From contig JAQGDQ010000078.1 of the NCBI GenBank assembly GCA_030141605.1, forward strand, positions 642,835 through 706,834: 64,000 nt of DNA. Direction: 5' to 3'. This DNA is from Tubiluchus corallicola (lineage: Eukaryota; Animalia; Priapulida). Below, in pieces: positions 12,665-26,714 of this stretch; within the stretch, counting starts at the first letter, position 1, and each line of letters begins with the position of its first letter. Made by a program: the position numbers and the translations under genes. The notes under the pieces were generated by a model that saw nothing but the letters and a program-made list of their open reading frames with translations, was not told where the DNA came from and made no database searches.

Positions 12665-14311
12665 TACTGCAAAATTGATCTCTGATTTGTTGGGTTAGTT
12701 GCAACACCTAATGTGGTGCCATGTTTGTGCGGTGGCTTTTCGATGAACATTATTATATGGTTTTGCATCTCGGCATACACCTACAAAATTCCTGGTGGAT
12801 CAAATGAAAGACGAGTTTCTGGCCTCAGTTAATTACTCTAGTAAGGCAATTCTACTGCTTACAGCTATGCCTGAACTCCCAATTCATGCAATTATGTTTC
12901 CGTCATCCTGGGTAATTACTTCCCTAGTAGCCTGCGACATTATTAATGGATTATGACGATAGGGTTGGCAATCAGCTCTGAAATAAATTATTTATAACCT
13001 CACTGCATTGGTAAATGTCGTGCGTCTCTTTATGGCAGCCATGAAAACAGCAAAGTTCAGCAGTCGCAGTTCCATAATCGAAAGGAGAACAATAGAAAAT
13101 TTAATGCCATAAAATGCAGGGAACTTGTATATGAAATGTAGCGGCACCAGTCTAAGCGGTTTGGAAAAATAGAAAATCAGAATATCAGAGATATTGATTT
13201 TTTTTTTTAAATTTTGACTTGTTTCAAACTTAAGTTCATATGATTACATATTTACAACATACATCAACAACATTATAAATACCAATACAAACAAATAACA
13301 CAATAGTTATATAAATACATAAAATACAGTAATAAACTCCACCGTTGGTGTCTTATGTGCGATGTAAATTTAGCATCGCTTACTAGAATTTTCTAACACA
13401 TCAAATTCACCATTTAATCAAATCTTTTCATTAAACTTAATACAGATTTTCTATATAATACATCGAAATACATTGCACTCACACTCACTGCATGAGCACT
13501 GGCGGCCATGCAATAGAAAGTATTACAATAAGCACTAACTTATACGTTTAACCAAATAGATATCTTTTAACATCAACAGAACACTGTCTGAATTATCTTG
13601 GTTTGCACGACAGCAGTACAGGGATCTTTGATTAACAATGTTTAGGTCATCACTTTTGAAATAATATGTCCTATGCTCCTAGGTATTCTTCATTGTCACA
13701 GGTGTAAAGAACATTACTGTTTAGCTTGATGTCACCAAACGTAAAATTTCTTATAGTGTTTGAATGAATGCACATAAGATTAGTTTTAGCTACATTGATT
13801 TTTATATCACACTTTTCAGTATACTATACATATACATCTAATAGTTTCTGTAGGACCGTAATCGTTATTGCTAACAAACAAACGTCATCAACATATACGT
13901 AGTTCAGAATCACGTTAGGGATATTGCATCGAAGTGGGTGGACGAAAGCTTAACACTTAGATCTTTAAAATAAAAATTTATTAAAAAGAAAAGGTGACAT
14001 CTTGCCACATTGGCGTACCCCGTTTCCAATATTGGAAGCAGTGGACTGACTTCGTTCCCACTTGGCACACATGCTTTCTTGAATGTAATAGAATGTGAGC
14101 AAGTGGATTACAATATTTGAGATTGACATGTTCGCGAGTTTCAGAAAAAGTATGAACAGATATGAACAGAGCTATCACGACTAATGTAGTATTCAATGAT
14201 CTCCTTTAACGTTCTTATATGAGTTTCGGTGCCAAGTTTTTTTACATAACCAAACTAATTGGGAGTTGTTGGAATAATGTTGTTTTTACCTATTAAGTAC
14301 TAAAATTTCCA

Positions 14312-14550
<239 letters not shown>

Positions 14551-15199
14551 CTTTCCTGACATTTGTCATCGTTAATATATACATATAAAAAGGTGAAATG
14601 CCCTTTATAGTCTCACAATGATTATTTTTTATTTGCCCCTCCCCTTGACGGGCCTCATCAACTGAAATATTGATGTTAAAATACAGATGAAATGTTAGAA
14701 ACAGTATGTACGAGTAAGCTTAATTAATGAATGCAAAAAGAATAAGAATAATTTGATCTGCTGAATAGACTGTGCTGCTAACCTGAGAATGCAATCTACA
14801 AAATTTGGCGATTTATAAAGACCAACCTAGTATAAGTGCCTATGGTATGTTACTGTGAGAGGTGCATAAAATTGAATTGCTCGTAGTGGGTTACACTAAA
14901 TAAATCACACTTAAAATCAAACAAAAATCAATCAAAGTAGCAGTACAAAGTCTGAGTAATAATTTTGATTTAAAATGCCAAATGCATCCAGGGACCAACA
15001 AAGAAACATAGATGGAAATTTTTTTCACATTTTAGCTCCTATTTCAGGCCCTTAAAGAATCCCAACATTTTTAATTACACCATTTTCTGCTACCTTTTCG
15101 TTTCCCCCCACTAAGTCTCCTCGTTTACTAGCCTCGTTTTATGACTGTGCGTATTATTCAATGTTATGACTGGAAAAGACCAATCTGTTCTGACAATTT

Positions 15200-16052
15200 G
15201 TGGCTGATCTCGATGAAGAAACCATCGAGTTGGAGTACCGGTTGTTCTCTTATGCTGTCGCTGCAGACTCTGTTCCTGAATTTGTCAACACAAACTGCAT
15301 TCACTCAGTATACTGTTATATGACTTCTTCTGGACTGGATAAACTTTACCCAATGATCTCCATTGCATACCAGTTGATTCTGACTCTGCCCGTTACTCTT
15401 GCTCTTGTGAGAGATCCTTTTCTGCTCTTAAATTTGTCAAGAATGCTTTCCGCAGTACAATGAGTCAGTCACCACTGAGTGACCAGATGATCCATGCAGT
15501 TGAGGCTGAGAAAACAAAGAAACAAAGAATATGGACTTGAAGTCTGTGGTTGAGCTCTTCTGGAGTGATGTTCTGCGTCTTTAGTACAAATTTTTAGTGC
15601 ATTAATTCATATGTGTCGCTGTATATCGCATTTTAAGCTTTAACCTCTTTGTTTTATCTTGGTGTAAACTGTAATATCTGTCATTGCTTTTCTACTATAC
15701 CCCTATAGTCATCCCGTAATGTATTCATGTTATGTTGTTGGCTTTGACTGTGTTGCTGAATCATTTAAAAATAACGTTTGTTGTTTGTTCAATATCTTCA
15801 TCTTGCCTTGGAATAAAAAGTTTAGTAATTGCTAAAAATATTAAATTAAAGGTACATATGTTTTGATAGTCGTCTTTTCATGGAATCTTTGGATTCCTGA
15901 CAGCTAATAAGTACTTAATTAAATTTTAATTAAATTTCTGTGGCTATAGCTTTAAGTTAAATGCCAGTTGGGAATAAATAAGTCTAAATCGTTTTTCTTA
16001 CACGCAAAATACAGTCGGGCCCCCTAGTCTTTTTTAGTGCACGACGCCCCTG
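15200..16052 (+). mobile_element. hAT transposon 3' remnant with frameshifted transposase C-terminal dimerisation domain
   Basis: LYPMISIAYQLILTLPVT, then after a frameshift SCERSFSALKFVKNAFRSTMSQ...IHAVE; hAT-like terminus cacgacgcccctg ends at 16052. Confidence 0.85.
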
Positions 16053-17067
16053 CTGGCGCTGTGAATTGAATTGAATTGAAATGTGAATTGAAAGTTGATA
16101 AATCAGAAAAAACAGCAGGTTCTTGTCAAGTTATCCGCGCTGCTCAAGAACAAAGATTATTCCTTTAATAATGAAGAGACGTTTTTCAGTGTAATTTGCA
16201 TGTTTTTGTTAGTGACTTTATTCAAGCGCTGCAGCTGCAGCTACTAACAATCTACAAGACTGCAATAAAAGATATAGGTAAATGACCAAGAATTATGCTT
16301 AACTGAAAGCACTGAATTTTAATTACAGCATTAGTAATTGGAAAAAGATGATAGTGTCGCGCCAGGCTCTTTGGTGCTGGTCTAATGAGATAAGAATTAA
16401 ATTACGCTTTCCCAGATCGTTAATTGTGCTCCTTCTTCGCTAAAGAATTTCTTGTGTACTTTAAGACTGGCAGCAGAGCTAGCTTCTTTTTCAAATGCCA
16501 CTAGATATACTTATGGTTTATTCAAGTAATAAAAGATTAACATTCGGAATTTGTTAGCACAGCAATTTTATAGAAACTGCAATTTCATTACTCTAATATA
16601 ACGCCTGTAGTTAGTGCCGCCAATTTCTCAACGTCTCTAGTTTCTTAATGTCTTAACCGCTTCGACTGACTTTCACGTATAAAGCCACTAATTTTATTTC
16701 GAGGTATTTCTAGACTCACTCCAATTTCTCGGAACATGTGTAGTATGTGATTGCATTGGGACTAGTTATTTCGTGTTTCAGTTTTCAAATTGTTGGTTGT
16801 TTGAAATGAACCCACGCAAATCATGCTTTTGAGTCTTTATAAGCTGAGAAACAATGTACGAAAAAAATATGAGAGTAGGCGTACTTCAGGGATTCATTTG
16901 GTTGTTCTGCAGAATACAGGTAAACTTCAGCATTTGAAATATCAAGAATAACTGTTAATATCTCTGGAACAGAAGGCTATGTTACAACATGCTTTTCCAG
17001 ATATTCTGGTCAAATCTGTCTAGCCTCAACTTTCCGCTTTTGAAGCAGAAAAGGACATTGATTAAGA

Positions 17068-17820
17068 TGAGACAAAGCAACAGAAGGCAAGGCAAAGCAA
17101 GAAAAGAGAAGGCAAGGCAAGACAATACAAAGCAAAGGATGACAAAGCAAGACAAGGCAAGAACAATGTAAGGTAAAGCAAGGCAAGCCAAGCCAAGCCA
17201 AGGCCCTAGAAGACAAGGCTAGCCAAGACAAGACAAGGCAAGGCAAGGCGAGGCAAGGCCAGGCCAAGCAAGGCAAGGCAAGGCAAGGCAAGGCAAGGCA
17301 GGGCAGGGCAAGGCGAGGCAAGGCCAGGCCAGGCCAAGCAAGGCAAGGCAAGGCAAGGCAAGGCAGGGCAAGGCAAAGTAAGACAAGTCAAGGCAGGGAA
17401 AGGCAAAGCAAGACAAAGGCAAGGAAAGGCAAGACGAGGCAAGGGAAGATGAAGCAAGACAAGGTGAGCCACGGCAACGCAAGGCTAGGCAACACAGAAC
17501 AAGGATAAACAAGGCAAGACAAGGCAAGGCAAGGCAACACAAGACAAAGCAAGGCAAGGCAAAACAAGGCAAGGCAAGACAGGACAAGACAAGACAAGAC
17601 AAGACAAGACAAGACAAGACAAGACAAGACAAGACAAGACAAGACAAGACAAGACAAGACAAGACAAGACAAGACAAGACAAGACAAGACAAGACAAGAC
17701 AAGACAAGACAAGACAAGACAAGACAAGACAAGACAAGACACGACACGACACGACACGACACGACACGACACGACACGACACGACACGACACGACACGAC
17801 ACGACACGACAAGACAAGGC
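17068..17820 (+). repeat. Compound pentanucleotide satellite (AGGCA)n-(AGACA)n-(CGACA)n
   Basis: Direct observation; it explains the LALPC/VLSC/VVSCR ORFs in the track. Confidence 0.97.
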
Positions 17821-18527
17821 TAGGTAAGATTTACAGTAAGATTTATTCACAGTAAATGCTAGCACACCAGTTTTACATTGTACGAAAAGCAAGCACTTTC
17901 ATTTTCACTTCTTATATATTCCAGTACCTTTTACTTTTGGATAATTGCTCGATTTGAAAAACAGTGTGTGGGCTTTTACCCCCCCCCCCCCAAGCACGTG
18001 CTTATTTCGCTTAATGGTTAATCCAGGGTTGTCTTTTTGGTATGTTTTACTTAGATGGTTTGTGACCAAGCATATCCAAATGTGGCTAAGACACCTGGAT
18101 GTCTTGCATAATGAGTCTGTATCCGGTCTCCCCACAAAGATCGGGTTGAGCAAGCTCTGTCTTCCAATGCTGGATCCTGGCTTGCTGAGTGCCGAGTGTA
18201 TAAAATGCCTCGAGCCCGGCACCCAAACTATTATACATATTATTACAGTCTGGTTCTAAAACTTTTAAAAAATTGCACATGTTTCGTCACATCACCACCG
18301 TTAGATTAATATTTTTTGCAATGTCGCAACTTGGAAATTGTTATTTGCGAAAACCAGTGGATTAATAGTTAATTATCGCAGGAGCTTGCATGCAAATTAA
18401 AAATGTTAATCTTCTTTGTTGCGGCAAAATACTTAGATTTCCTCATCTTGCTGTCTAATTCGATGTATAATGAGATTGCTTTTATTAGTCTACAATAATT
18501 TTCTGAAAATGCATTATTTGCTTTCAG

Positions 18528-18613
18528 GAAACGGGTTTATTGAAGGATCAGAATTGGACAATTTCTTGCGTGAGTTTGTATCAAGCGTTGTGGATAAACC
18601 AGTTTGTCCAGAG
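18528..18613 (+). CDS. Cbp53E: Calbindin-like exon 2
   Basis: tttcag acceptor; GNGFIEGSELDNFLREFVSSVVDKPVCPE; donor GAG|gtaaga; completes EF1 loop DRDGNGFIEGSE. Confidence 0.95.
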
Positions 18614-19038
18614 GTAAGAAGTTCATCTGTTTTATTCCTCCACTCCCCTAACTTTTGATGTCAGGACTTTATGCCCTCGCCCGTCATGCAGATATGCCTA
18701 AATCACGTGCTATTATTAGTATGGGATAAATTTGGGACAAGATGATGGTGAAGATTAAAAGTCCTGAGGGATCCAGAACTGGGATAAATAGGTATAAACA
18801 TCAACAGCTGCACAGTAGTGGGCATAGTAGGGAAGTCCGAGTCGACTCAGTAGGAGTAATTAGAGTGAATTACCTATTGGCAATTCAATCCACCGAGGAA
18901 AGTATTTTACCACTCCACAGGAAGAAGGGTGTGATGGATCCAGGATTCGAACAATTGCAACCATAGTGTTATAAAAGCCCCGCAGAATGTCGAGAATAGA
19001 TGTTAGGTGATGCGTGATAAGCTTTGGGTAATGGTCTA

Positions 19039-19219
<181 letters not shown>

Positions 19220-19389
19220 TGAGGACTTTCCGCATTCCGGAATATATAACATTCCGCATTCATGAGGACTTTTGGGTGGCATGAATACCATAATCATTGT
19301 CAGCGACAGGTTGAAGATTTTGGTGTTACTTCTCCGACAAAGACAGAGGAATCGTTTGTTGCAATTAAGAACACTATAACTCAGTAATG

Positions 19390-19557
19390 GACGCAGGAGC
19401 CACAAGTTGTGAATCCATGACATACTCACGCAACGACATGAGTTTGAAGCATACTGTCACCTGGTGATAGAGCTGGAACTGGACAGTCAGAAATACCATG
19501 AATATTTCCGTATGTCAGTAGAGAAACTGGAGTATATACACAGTTTAGTAGGACCTG
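19390..19557 (+). pseudogene. PIF/Harbinger transposase N-terminal remnant
   Basis: RRSHKL*IHDILTQRHEFEAYCHLVIELELDSQKYHEYFRMSVEKLEYIHSLVGP resembles the W-x-H...LxxEL...YFRMS...LVxP motif of Harbinger/HARBI1-type transposases; in-frame stop. Confidence 0.7.
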
Positions 19558-20799
19558 GTGACGTTCATGATTATGGTATTTGCACTGTGCATGCGCGAGT
19601 GTCTTTTACCCAACTCGCTAACAGAAAAGTCAGTCTTCCAGCGACTTTTCTGCCTGCGAGAGGAATACCAGCGCGGCAACGCCCACAGAGGTTCTACAAG
19701 AAATTTAGAAACAGTGGCACACAACTGCAGTGAACAGACTTTCCATGCACTGCAACGCACGCCAAATCGTGCACATGGAAAACGGGCGGCCTACCAGTAA
19801 TTTAGAATCGCCGAACTTATCCACGAACACTACTTTGTTTCCATTTGCATCATAGATTGTCTATACAGTACGTACAGTGATATGGATAATGACAATGACC
19901 CTGACAACAACTATGACCGTGTTTCATAGACACTAGAGTAACGACTAATCGCTGGAATGTATTAAGTGTTTGTGTGCAGCTCCTAATGGTAAAACCTCGA
20001 CCAGAGTGAATGTTTACTGCCCGAGCAATAACCACAATCGTTTTAGATTACATTCGTTATTATTTATTCAGAGCTTTGAATGGCAAGAATATCATAAAAG
20101 ATTAAAACGACTGTAATTTTACTGCTTCTATTCATGGCCGTTTGGCTTAATAATAATTATCAAGCCCTGATGAATTGGTGCATTGTAGCGCTTGATTAAA
20201 TTTAGTGGCATAATAATAATAATATTAATAATGACCACGCAGCTATAAAGCCTGACATTGGTTATATTATACAGTTTATCAGACGCCACACAGTGAGATT
20301 GTGTAGGCTATATCTATCATTGCATGTTAGCATATTTCTAGATAGGTGCTTCATACTAGCTATTTAAAAAGTAATTTATATGAGCGCGAAGTTTCGACTT
20401 ATGATGTACACAAGGACATTTCGTAATTTTGGCTTTCATAATACGTATTCGTTCCTACTGATGCTCTACCGTAATCGAAAAAAATTGCAGTTTTTGTCTA
20501 ACAAATATTCTATTATCCCTCTCAGGTTAACAGCACAGTCTATTCAGCTGATGAAATCCACTAGGGTTAAAGCTTCTGAAATAAAAATATATAATCATTG
20601 AGGCTATAAAAGGATTACGTTTATTATGTTAAAAATGACAAGCCTCGGGAGAACTCTCTCATATTTTTATATTCTATAACCTTATTTATACTAGGCAGGA
20701 AATACTCTGCCCGTAATGGAAATGTTTTTAGGTTCTCTGCTAGAGAGGACACAACGTTTTGTGAACATTCCGTCACTATTTCCTTTATGTGGTCACAGA

Positions 20800-20948
20800 A
20801 GGTATGACATCTCCAGGACCAGGATTAAATCCACAGACCAACGGGTAGTGTAAACAGGGGTACAAGTGAATAAAGCCATTAAATGCATGAAAGTGATTAA
20901 GAGGATCCAGGACGCGTTTCCCATGTTCTTTGTAGTGTAAACAGGGCT
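20800..20948. mobile_element. End of a Harbinger-like MITE
   Basis: gtagtgtaaacaggg occurs twice and the element ends ...aaacagggct|ta, resembling PIF/Harbinger TIRs; the opposite end was not identified. Confidence 0.45.
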
Positions 20949-21270
20949 TATGTGATTTTTTCTGCATCTTTTCATCAGCCTGGCGAGAGAGATTGTGTGT
21001 TATGACCGGTACAGAAGTTTGAAAATGCCTCGAGGACCCTACTGCATGGCTTTTCTCCGCACCGTGTTTTTTGCTGGGCCTGTAAAGGGATATCCCCCCC
21101 CCACAAAAAACTGATATCGACACAAGTGTTCCTGTTTTAAAAACAAGGGTCCTTATAGAAGAACTTGACGGGACAATGGTATGGGTTCACCTTCGTAAAT
21201 TTATATGGATCATCATCAACGTCACCTATGCTGTAAACTTGTAAAATTAACACCTGTGCATAATTTACAG

Positions 21271-21360
21271 GCCATATCAGCAAAGATGCTGCAAGAGCTC
21301 AAGCAGTGCTTTATGGAGGCTTATGATGATAACAAAGATGGCAAAATTGACATTTCTGAG
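21271..21360 (+). CDS. Cbp53E: Calbindin-like exon 3
   Basis: tttacag acceptor; AISAKMLQELKQCFMEAYDDNKDGKIDISE; donor GAG|gtataa; EF2 loop. Confidence 0.95.
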
Positions 21361-21849
21361 GTATAAATTTGTTTTAAACGTCTCATTAAAATTTTGTGTG
21401 ATTAGAGAAAGAAAAATTATAAGACATTGCGTAATTATAGATGCACACGTCCACGAATCGTCGCCCATAATGTGCCATGAACATAATTCCTATTGTTCTT
21501 AAGAATCTTGTCGAAGAATTGTTAACCATTTTTTGAACTAAAAAGACGCTAATTTTCATACTGTTAAACGTTTCTTAATGTAATAATATAAATTTGTTGT
21601 TGTAATGAAATCAGTCAATTTTTTATTGTATTGTTGTTCTGGTAATCCTGAGCCATTATATTCGCGTAAACGACGATACTGAGATTTGTCTGTAGTTTGT
21701 GCTCTGTCTTTTACATAATTTGGTAAAATGCGTCCATTTCTTGTTTTGTCAACTGTTTTTTCTTTGATTCGTCATACTAACTCAAAACAACATTAACTGA
21801 TGGTTAGTGCCAAATACCAAGCATGTAACTATGTCAGGGCACGAGCAAC

Positions 21850-22125
21850 CATAAGCGTCCGGGCCGATTTTTCCAGGTGGAGCTGAACCACTTTTACCCG
21901 AAAAATACAGGGCCAACCCAAAAAAGTCCGGAATCGGGAATTGCCTCGCCCACTCCATCATCAAAAAATGCCCGGATTTCGGGCATGTCATTTGGCGGCA
22001 TAGAGGAATTTCGAGATTTTCTTTTACGAAAAATAGTATTTTATTTTTTCATCATTTGATCGGTGCCCGAAAAAATTGGTGATTCCCGATTCCGGAGGGG
22101 GGGACCCACTGTTCGTACGTCTATG
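21850..22125. mobile_element. hAT-like MITE with 8-bp TSD
   Basis: Imperfect TIR cataagcgtccg / cgtacgtctatg; flanks cgagcaac (21842-49) and caagcaac (22126-33); related partial copy at 41413-41601. Confidence 0.85.
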
Positions 22126-22187
22126 CAAGCAACTCTAGGGTACATTTATTTATTTATTACAATACAACATTATTTTATGTTTTTCAG

Positions 22188-22274
22188 TTAGCACAGTTGT
22201 TGCCAATGGAGGAAACATTCCTTTTGCTTTTTCGTGTTGATAACCCATTAGAATCAAGTATGGAATTCATGAGG
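22188..22274 (+). CDS. Cbp53E: Calbindin-like exon 4
   Basis: tttttcag acceptor; LAQLLPMEETFLLLFRVDNPLESSMEFMR; donor AGG|gtaaat; family signature LAxxLPxEExFLLLFR. Confidence 0.96.
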
Positions 22275-22888
22275 GTAAATGCACATTTATGATACTTTTG
22301 AATGGCATTTGTTACACGTGCGAGGATATAATACCGGCTGTTAGACGTGTTGTCCATTAAGGCTGAAAGCTGATGTAGAGGAAGTAGAACAAATTACGCA
22401 AGTTATTTTCAACAGATTCAACACTGTTGAATCACTGAATGTAGCTGTTACTTCAAGCCCAGAGTAGGCTAGAATCATAAGAACTTCGTTCTCGGTGTAT
22501 ATCTGTTCTTCGTTAGTGACATTTCCATTTTGATTCCTGTCCACACAGACTGCCTGCATAAATTGTCTAAGTTGTTAATAAATTCCCAAAGTCAATATTT
22601 GTCACATAAGTTATTGCAAACCAAAGGAGGCACTCATATCATGCAGTTGCATCAGCTTGCCCGCGAATAAACTGCTTCCTCTACAATAATAATCATTATT
22701 AATGCTGAGCAAGTGAGCAAGTGAGCAAGTGGGTATGCTCAGAATATAACCATACTTTTTACAGTTTTTATATTTGATCACGTAAAAGAAAATACAGGCT
22801 TACGCTGTTTTGTGGTCTTTCTGCTGAAAAGAAATCTGAAAATACAATCCCAGTGTACTATTATATTGTTTACCCAATAGCGTCCTGT

Positions 22889-23375
22889 CAGGGCTGTCTT
22901 AACAGCATTATAGGCCCCCGGGCAAAGCGGTGCGCTGGTGCCCTTACCTACACAACCACTCACAGGAATAAAATTGCAAATGGTCGATAAAATTAAACAT
23001 ATATTTATAGTATTGGTATTTCCAACTAAATCAGTGTTTAAATTAAAAAACATGCTGTACGGCAAAGATTAATTAATACAAATGTTTGAACAATATAACA
23101 CGAGCTTTGAAAAACACAAAAGTTTCAACATATGAATAATACTCAATTGGTAAACCATACAGACAGAGATGGCACAGATTGAAATTACTACGAATTATTT
23201 ATTATTAATTAAGTGTTCAACATAAACATTTGCGAGATTTCTTTGAGATAATTGCTTTATAATTTGTTTGAAGTCAGTGGTCTTCAAGATGTCATTTTCC
23301 ATACACGCGAGGGAAAGCTACTTCAGCATGGGCATGCTCTTGGGGCTTCGGGGCAACTGCCCAGCGTGTCCCTCG
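22889..23375 (-). mobile_element. hAT deletion derivative
   Basis: Terminus cagggctgtcttaac with GC-rich subterminal motifs; minus strand near 23240-23320 reads CMENDILKTTDFKQIIKQ, like the extreme C-terminus of hAT transposases. Confidence 0.7.
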
Positions 23376-23613
23376 TCTTGTGTCCATGTTGAACAGCGGT
23401 TCTTAAAACACCTCTTTTTACATTTTGGTCGTCATATCTGTCATTTATCTGCTGTCGTTTTCTGTTTAAATAGATCATACTCGAAGCTGTAATAGTCTAC
23501 AAACACTTTTATAGTTATTTTATGGATTTGATATTGCGCGATCCGTCTGTTACCGCCATTGCTTTCCCAACAAATTAGAATTGTACATTTTAACAAAAAC
23601 ATCCCTGTTTCAG

Positions 23614-23670
23614 CAATGGAAAAAATATGATAAAGACTGCAGCGGATTCATAGAAGCTGATGAGTTAAAG
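23614..23670 (+). CDS. Cbp53E: Calbindin-like exon 5
   Basis: gtttcag acceptor; QWKKYDKDCSGFIEADELK; donor AAG|gtttgt; EF3. Confidence 0.96.
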
Positions 23671-24224
23671 GTTTGTGTTCACGTAATCATAATGTCGTTG
23701 TACTATATGTGTCGCAGTCGCGAGGTCAATTTAGTATTTAATTTCCGATTTATTGATTTATTGTTAATAATTATTTATATTTTTAAACTTAATTTCTCAT
23801 TGCAGCACTGCTAAACATTAATTGAACTTACGTCTGCGACAATAAGTGTGTCAGATGTTAACTTGGTGAAAGTGGTTTGCAGTGATAGATCTTTAGAAAA
23901 AAATACTGATAATTGATAAATCAGTGGTGCTGATAATTGGCTAGCCTTGGTGGGTCAGTTTGTCAGGTGTTGCTTTACTAACATAGTTGGTCGGTCATCG
24001 ACTGGAGATTTTTATATTGTCAGCTGATTATAACTTATAATCAGACAAGAGTTGATTAGGTCGGTGGTTGAGCATAGTTGCCTGGCATGAAACGTGGCAG
24101 CCTTGATGCTTTGTTGCCACGCCAAACTTTACCATCTGCATATTCTGTATATCAACTGATTGAATTGTCACATTTGTACATTATGCCAAGCACAACATTA
24201 AGCTCATTCACTCATATATTTCAG

Positions 24225-24302
24225 CAATTTCTGCGTGATTTGCTGCGAGAGAACAGGCAAGAGGTGACGGATGAGAAGTTAGAGGAATACACCAGAGCCA
24301 TG
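24225..24302 (+). CDS. Cbp53E: Calbindin-like exon 6
   Basis: atttcag acceptor; QFLRDLLRENRQEVTDEKLEEYTRAM; donor ATG|gtaagt. Confidence 0.96.
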
Positions 24303-25314
24303 GTAAGTTCACGTTCAGTTATCACCTCAGCAGGGTGGGAGCGTCGGCTTCAGTTATCATAATATGCTGTCATAATTGCTTTGTAAATTTGTTATATGTA
24401 TGTTATAGGTATGAGTGTGATAACGAGAAAATGCCAAATTATTAATAGTGTTGTTTGGGGCATTGCATAAAGCTTCAGTAAAAAATTCTTCGCTATGGAA
24501 TACATTGGAAAACAAACTTACGAAGCCGAAATAATCTACGCAGGGACTTATGGTTGCTTTATAGATTTGATGTTGTGCTATCCGTCCTTAACTTTTTATG
24601 GACTTTATGTGATATGACCCTCTTTATTTAATGATTACATTGTGTTATCATAATCAACAACCTGAAATTTCTTCAGCAATTTATGAGGTTGAACGCTGTT
24701 TAAATGAGAAGAAAAGATGCTGCGTAAACGGAAGTTCCTATATACAAGCGATTATTTAGTTTACGGTGATAGTAACATGATTTTATATAACGCATGATTA
24801 CATTCGTTTTTACACTGAACTTTTATTTTATTAACTTTTGCAGTAAATAAATAAGGTTGGCTAATATTTTACAAAGTCAAAATGCATTCAAGTCAAAGTC
24901 AATATATATTCAAGAAAGTCTAATTCCCCGTATTGTGTAAGAATAAGCGACAAGCCTGAACATTACAAACCCTCAAGTCCGCGCTTTTATTATGCTTGAC
25001 GATTGCGCTCTGCACTTGTAGGATAAAGCTGCTCTGAACAAAAAATCTCAATGAACTGATATTGTTTCTCTACGTCTATAATCTCTTAAATCAATCACCG
25101 AATTTCCATCAAGACAGAATGATCTAGAAAACTGAATGGATTTAGAACTCAATTGACAAAGTCGGCTCTTGCAAAATAGTCAATCTAACAAAATCTGTAG
25201 ATATATTTCTGTCAGATTCTTTCGAAGGACTTAGTATCAGCTGCATCAAGAAACTGCCAGAGGTTAGGCCCTATATCTAGCGCTTGTGTTCACGTATCTT
25301 TCTTTAGCTTTTAG

Positions 25315-25695
25315 CGGTGTGCAGACATTTCGACACAGATATTTCGCCACAGACATTTCAACAGAGGACATTTCGCCTCAAGTCATTTGGGCACATAGGT
25401 CATTTGGACACAATACACTTTGGACACAAGGCTATTTCAGAACATATAGGTCATTTGGACACATAGGACATTTCGACACAAGGCTATTTCGACACATAGG
25501 TCATTTGGACACATAGGACATTTCGACACAAGGACATTTCGACACATAGGACATTTGGACAAAAGGACATTTCGACATATAGGACATTTGGACACAAGGA
25601 CATTTGGATACATAGGACTATTGGACACACAGGACTTTTGGACATAGGACATATTGACACAAGCACATTTGGACACATAGGACATTTGGACATAG
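25315..25695 (+). repeat. ~18-bp tandem array (ggacatttggacacata consensus), probably the subterminal array of a non-autonomous element
   Basis: About 20 degenerate units; an inverted copy of the unit lies at ~26635-26660 (cctatgtatccaaatgtcctatgtg). Confidence 0.9.
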
Positions 25696-26206
25696 TTGAT
25701 TGAATTTATTTTTTTAAATAAAGAATTATAGTAATTGGATGCGTATTGCGTTAACACTAAGAATTTTGGACACATAGAACATTTAAGCACTAGGTACTCT
25801 TGACATAGGGCATTAAGACACGTAAGTAACTTGAATTCAGTAACTGTGTAGACACAAAAAGGTAGCATTTGGGTTTTGGATTCACTATGAGGTACGTAGA
25901 TATAAACAAATCTATACTTGTAGTTCGCAAAGCGTTCGTGTTTTTTTACAATTATTATTTATTAAAACGTATTTCAAATCCCATGAAAATCATTTGAATT
26001 TGAAATGATTGCAAATTACTCTGAGAAAGTAATTTTACCCTAAAACAACTTAAAATTATAGCAACGAATTTTCTAAATAAAATATTTTTTTCAAAATAAA
26101 ACTTAAAAATAAGATTGACATTGCGTCATTTTAAATAATTCTGAGTTTTGATAGCCATTAGTCAAAGCGTTGTAGGTAATTAAAGGAGAACAGAAAGTGA
26201 ATGAAC

Positions 26207-26213
26207 GAGAGAA

Positions 26214-26275
<62 letters not shown>

Positions 26276-26276
26276 C

Positions 26277-26351
<75 letters not shown>
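26207..26351 (+). repeat. (GA)n microsatellite
   Basis: Direct observation. Confidence 0.97.
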
Positions 26352-26356
<5 letters not shown>

Positions 26357-26714
26357 AGGCGAGGATGAAGAGATAGATAGGGAAGCGGCTGAGGAAAAAG
26401 AACAATAAAGAAGGAGGGAAAGAGAGAAAAAACAGACAGAAAATGAGAGGAGGATGAGAAGTGTAAGAACAGAGGGATGTAAAGATTGAGTAGCAAACAG
26501 AGAAAGAGAAATCGAAGAGTTTATCCTACCAAAATAGAATATTTGGCAATTGCACTCATACTGCAATCTGCCGACACACCCAAACGAATTTTGACCCATT
26601 ACTCATTAGCAAGGGATCAAATTGCAACAGAATTACCTATGTATCCAAATGTCCTATGTGTAATCTTCTAGCCAAATCGTATATACAATCTTGTAATCTT
26701 ATAGGACTTGTAAT

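Noticed and set aside
16982-17892. Long Cys/Leu-rich ORFs (LALPC, VLSC, VVSCR)
   Set aside because: Translations of the pentanucleotide satellite; no splice or homology support.
18930-18990. Functional tRNA gene (GTTCGAATCC on -); similar heads at ~27595-27665 and ~42157
   Set aside because: Only B-box-like motifs; no cloverleaf can be folded. At most decayed SINE heads.
25437-25868. Cys-rich CPMC/CPNV ORFs that look like zinc fingers or metallothionein
   Set aside because: Translation of the 18-bp tandem DNA array; open in several frames.
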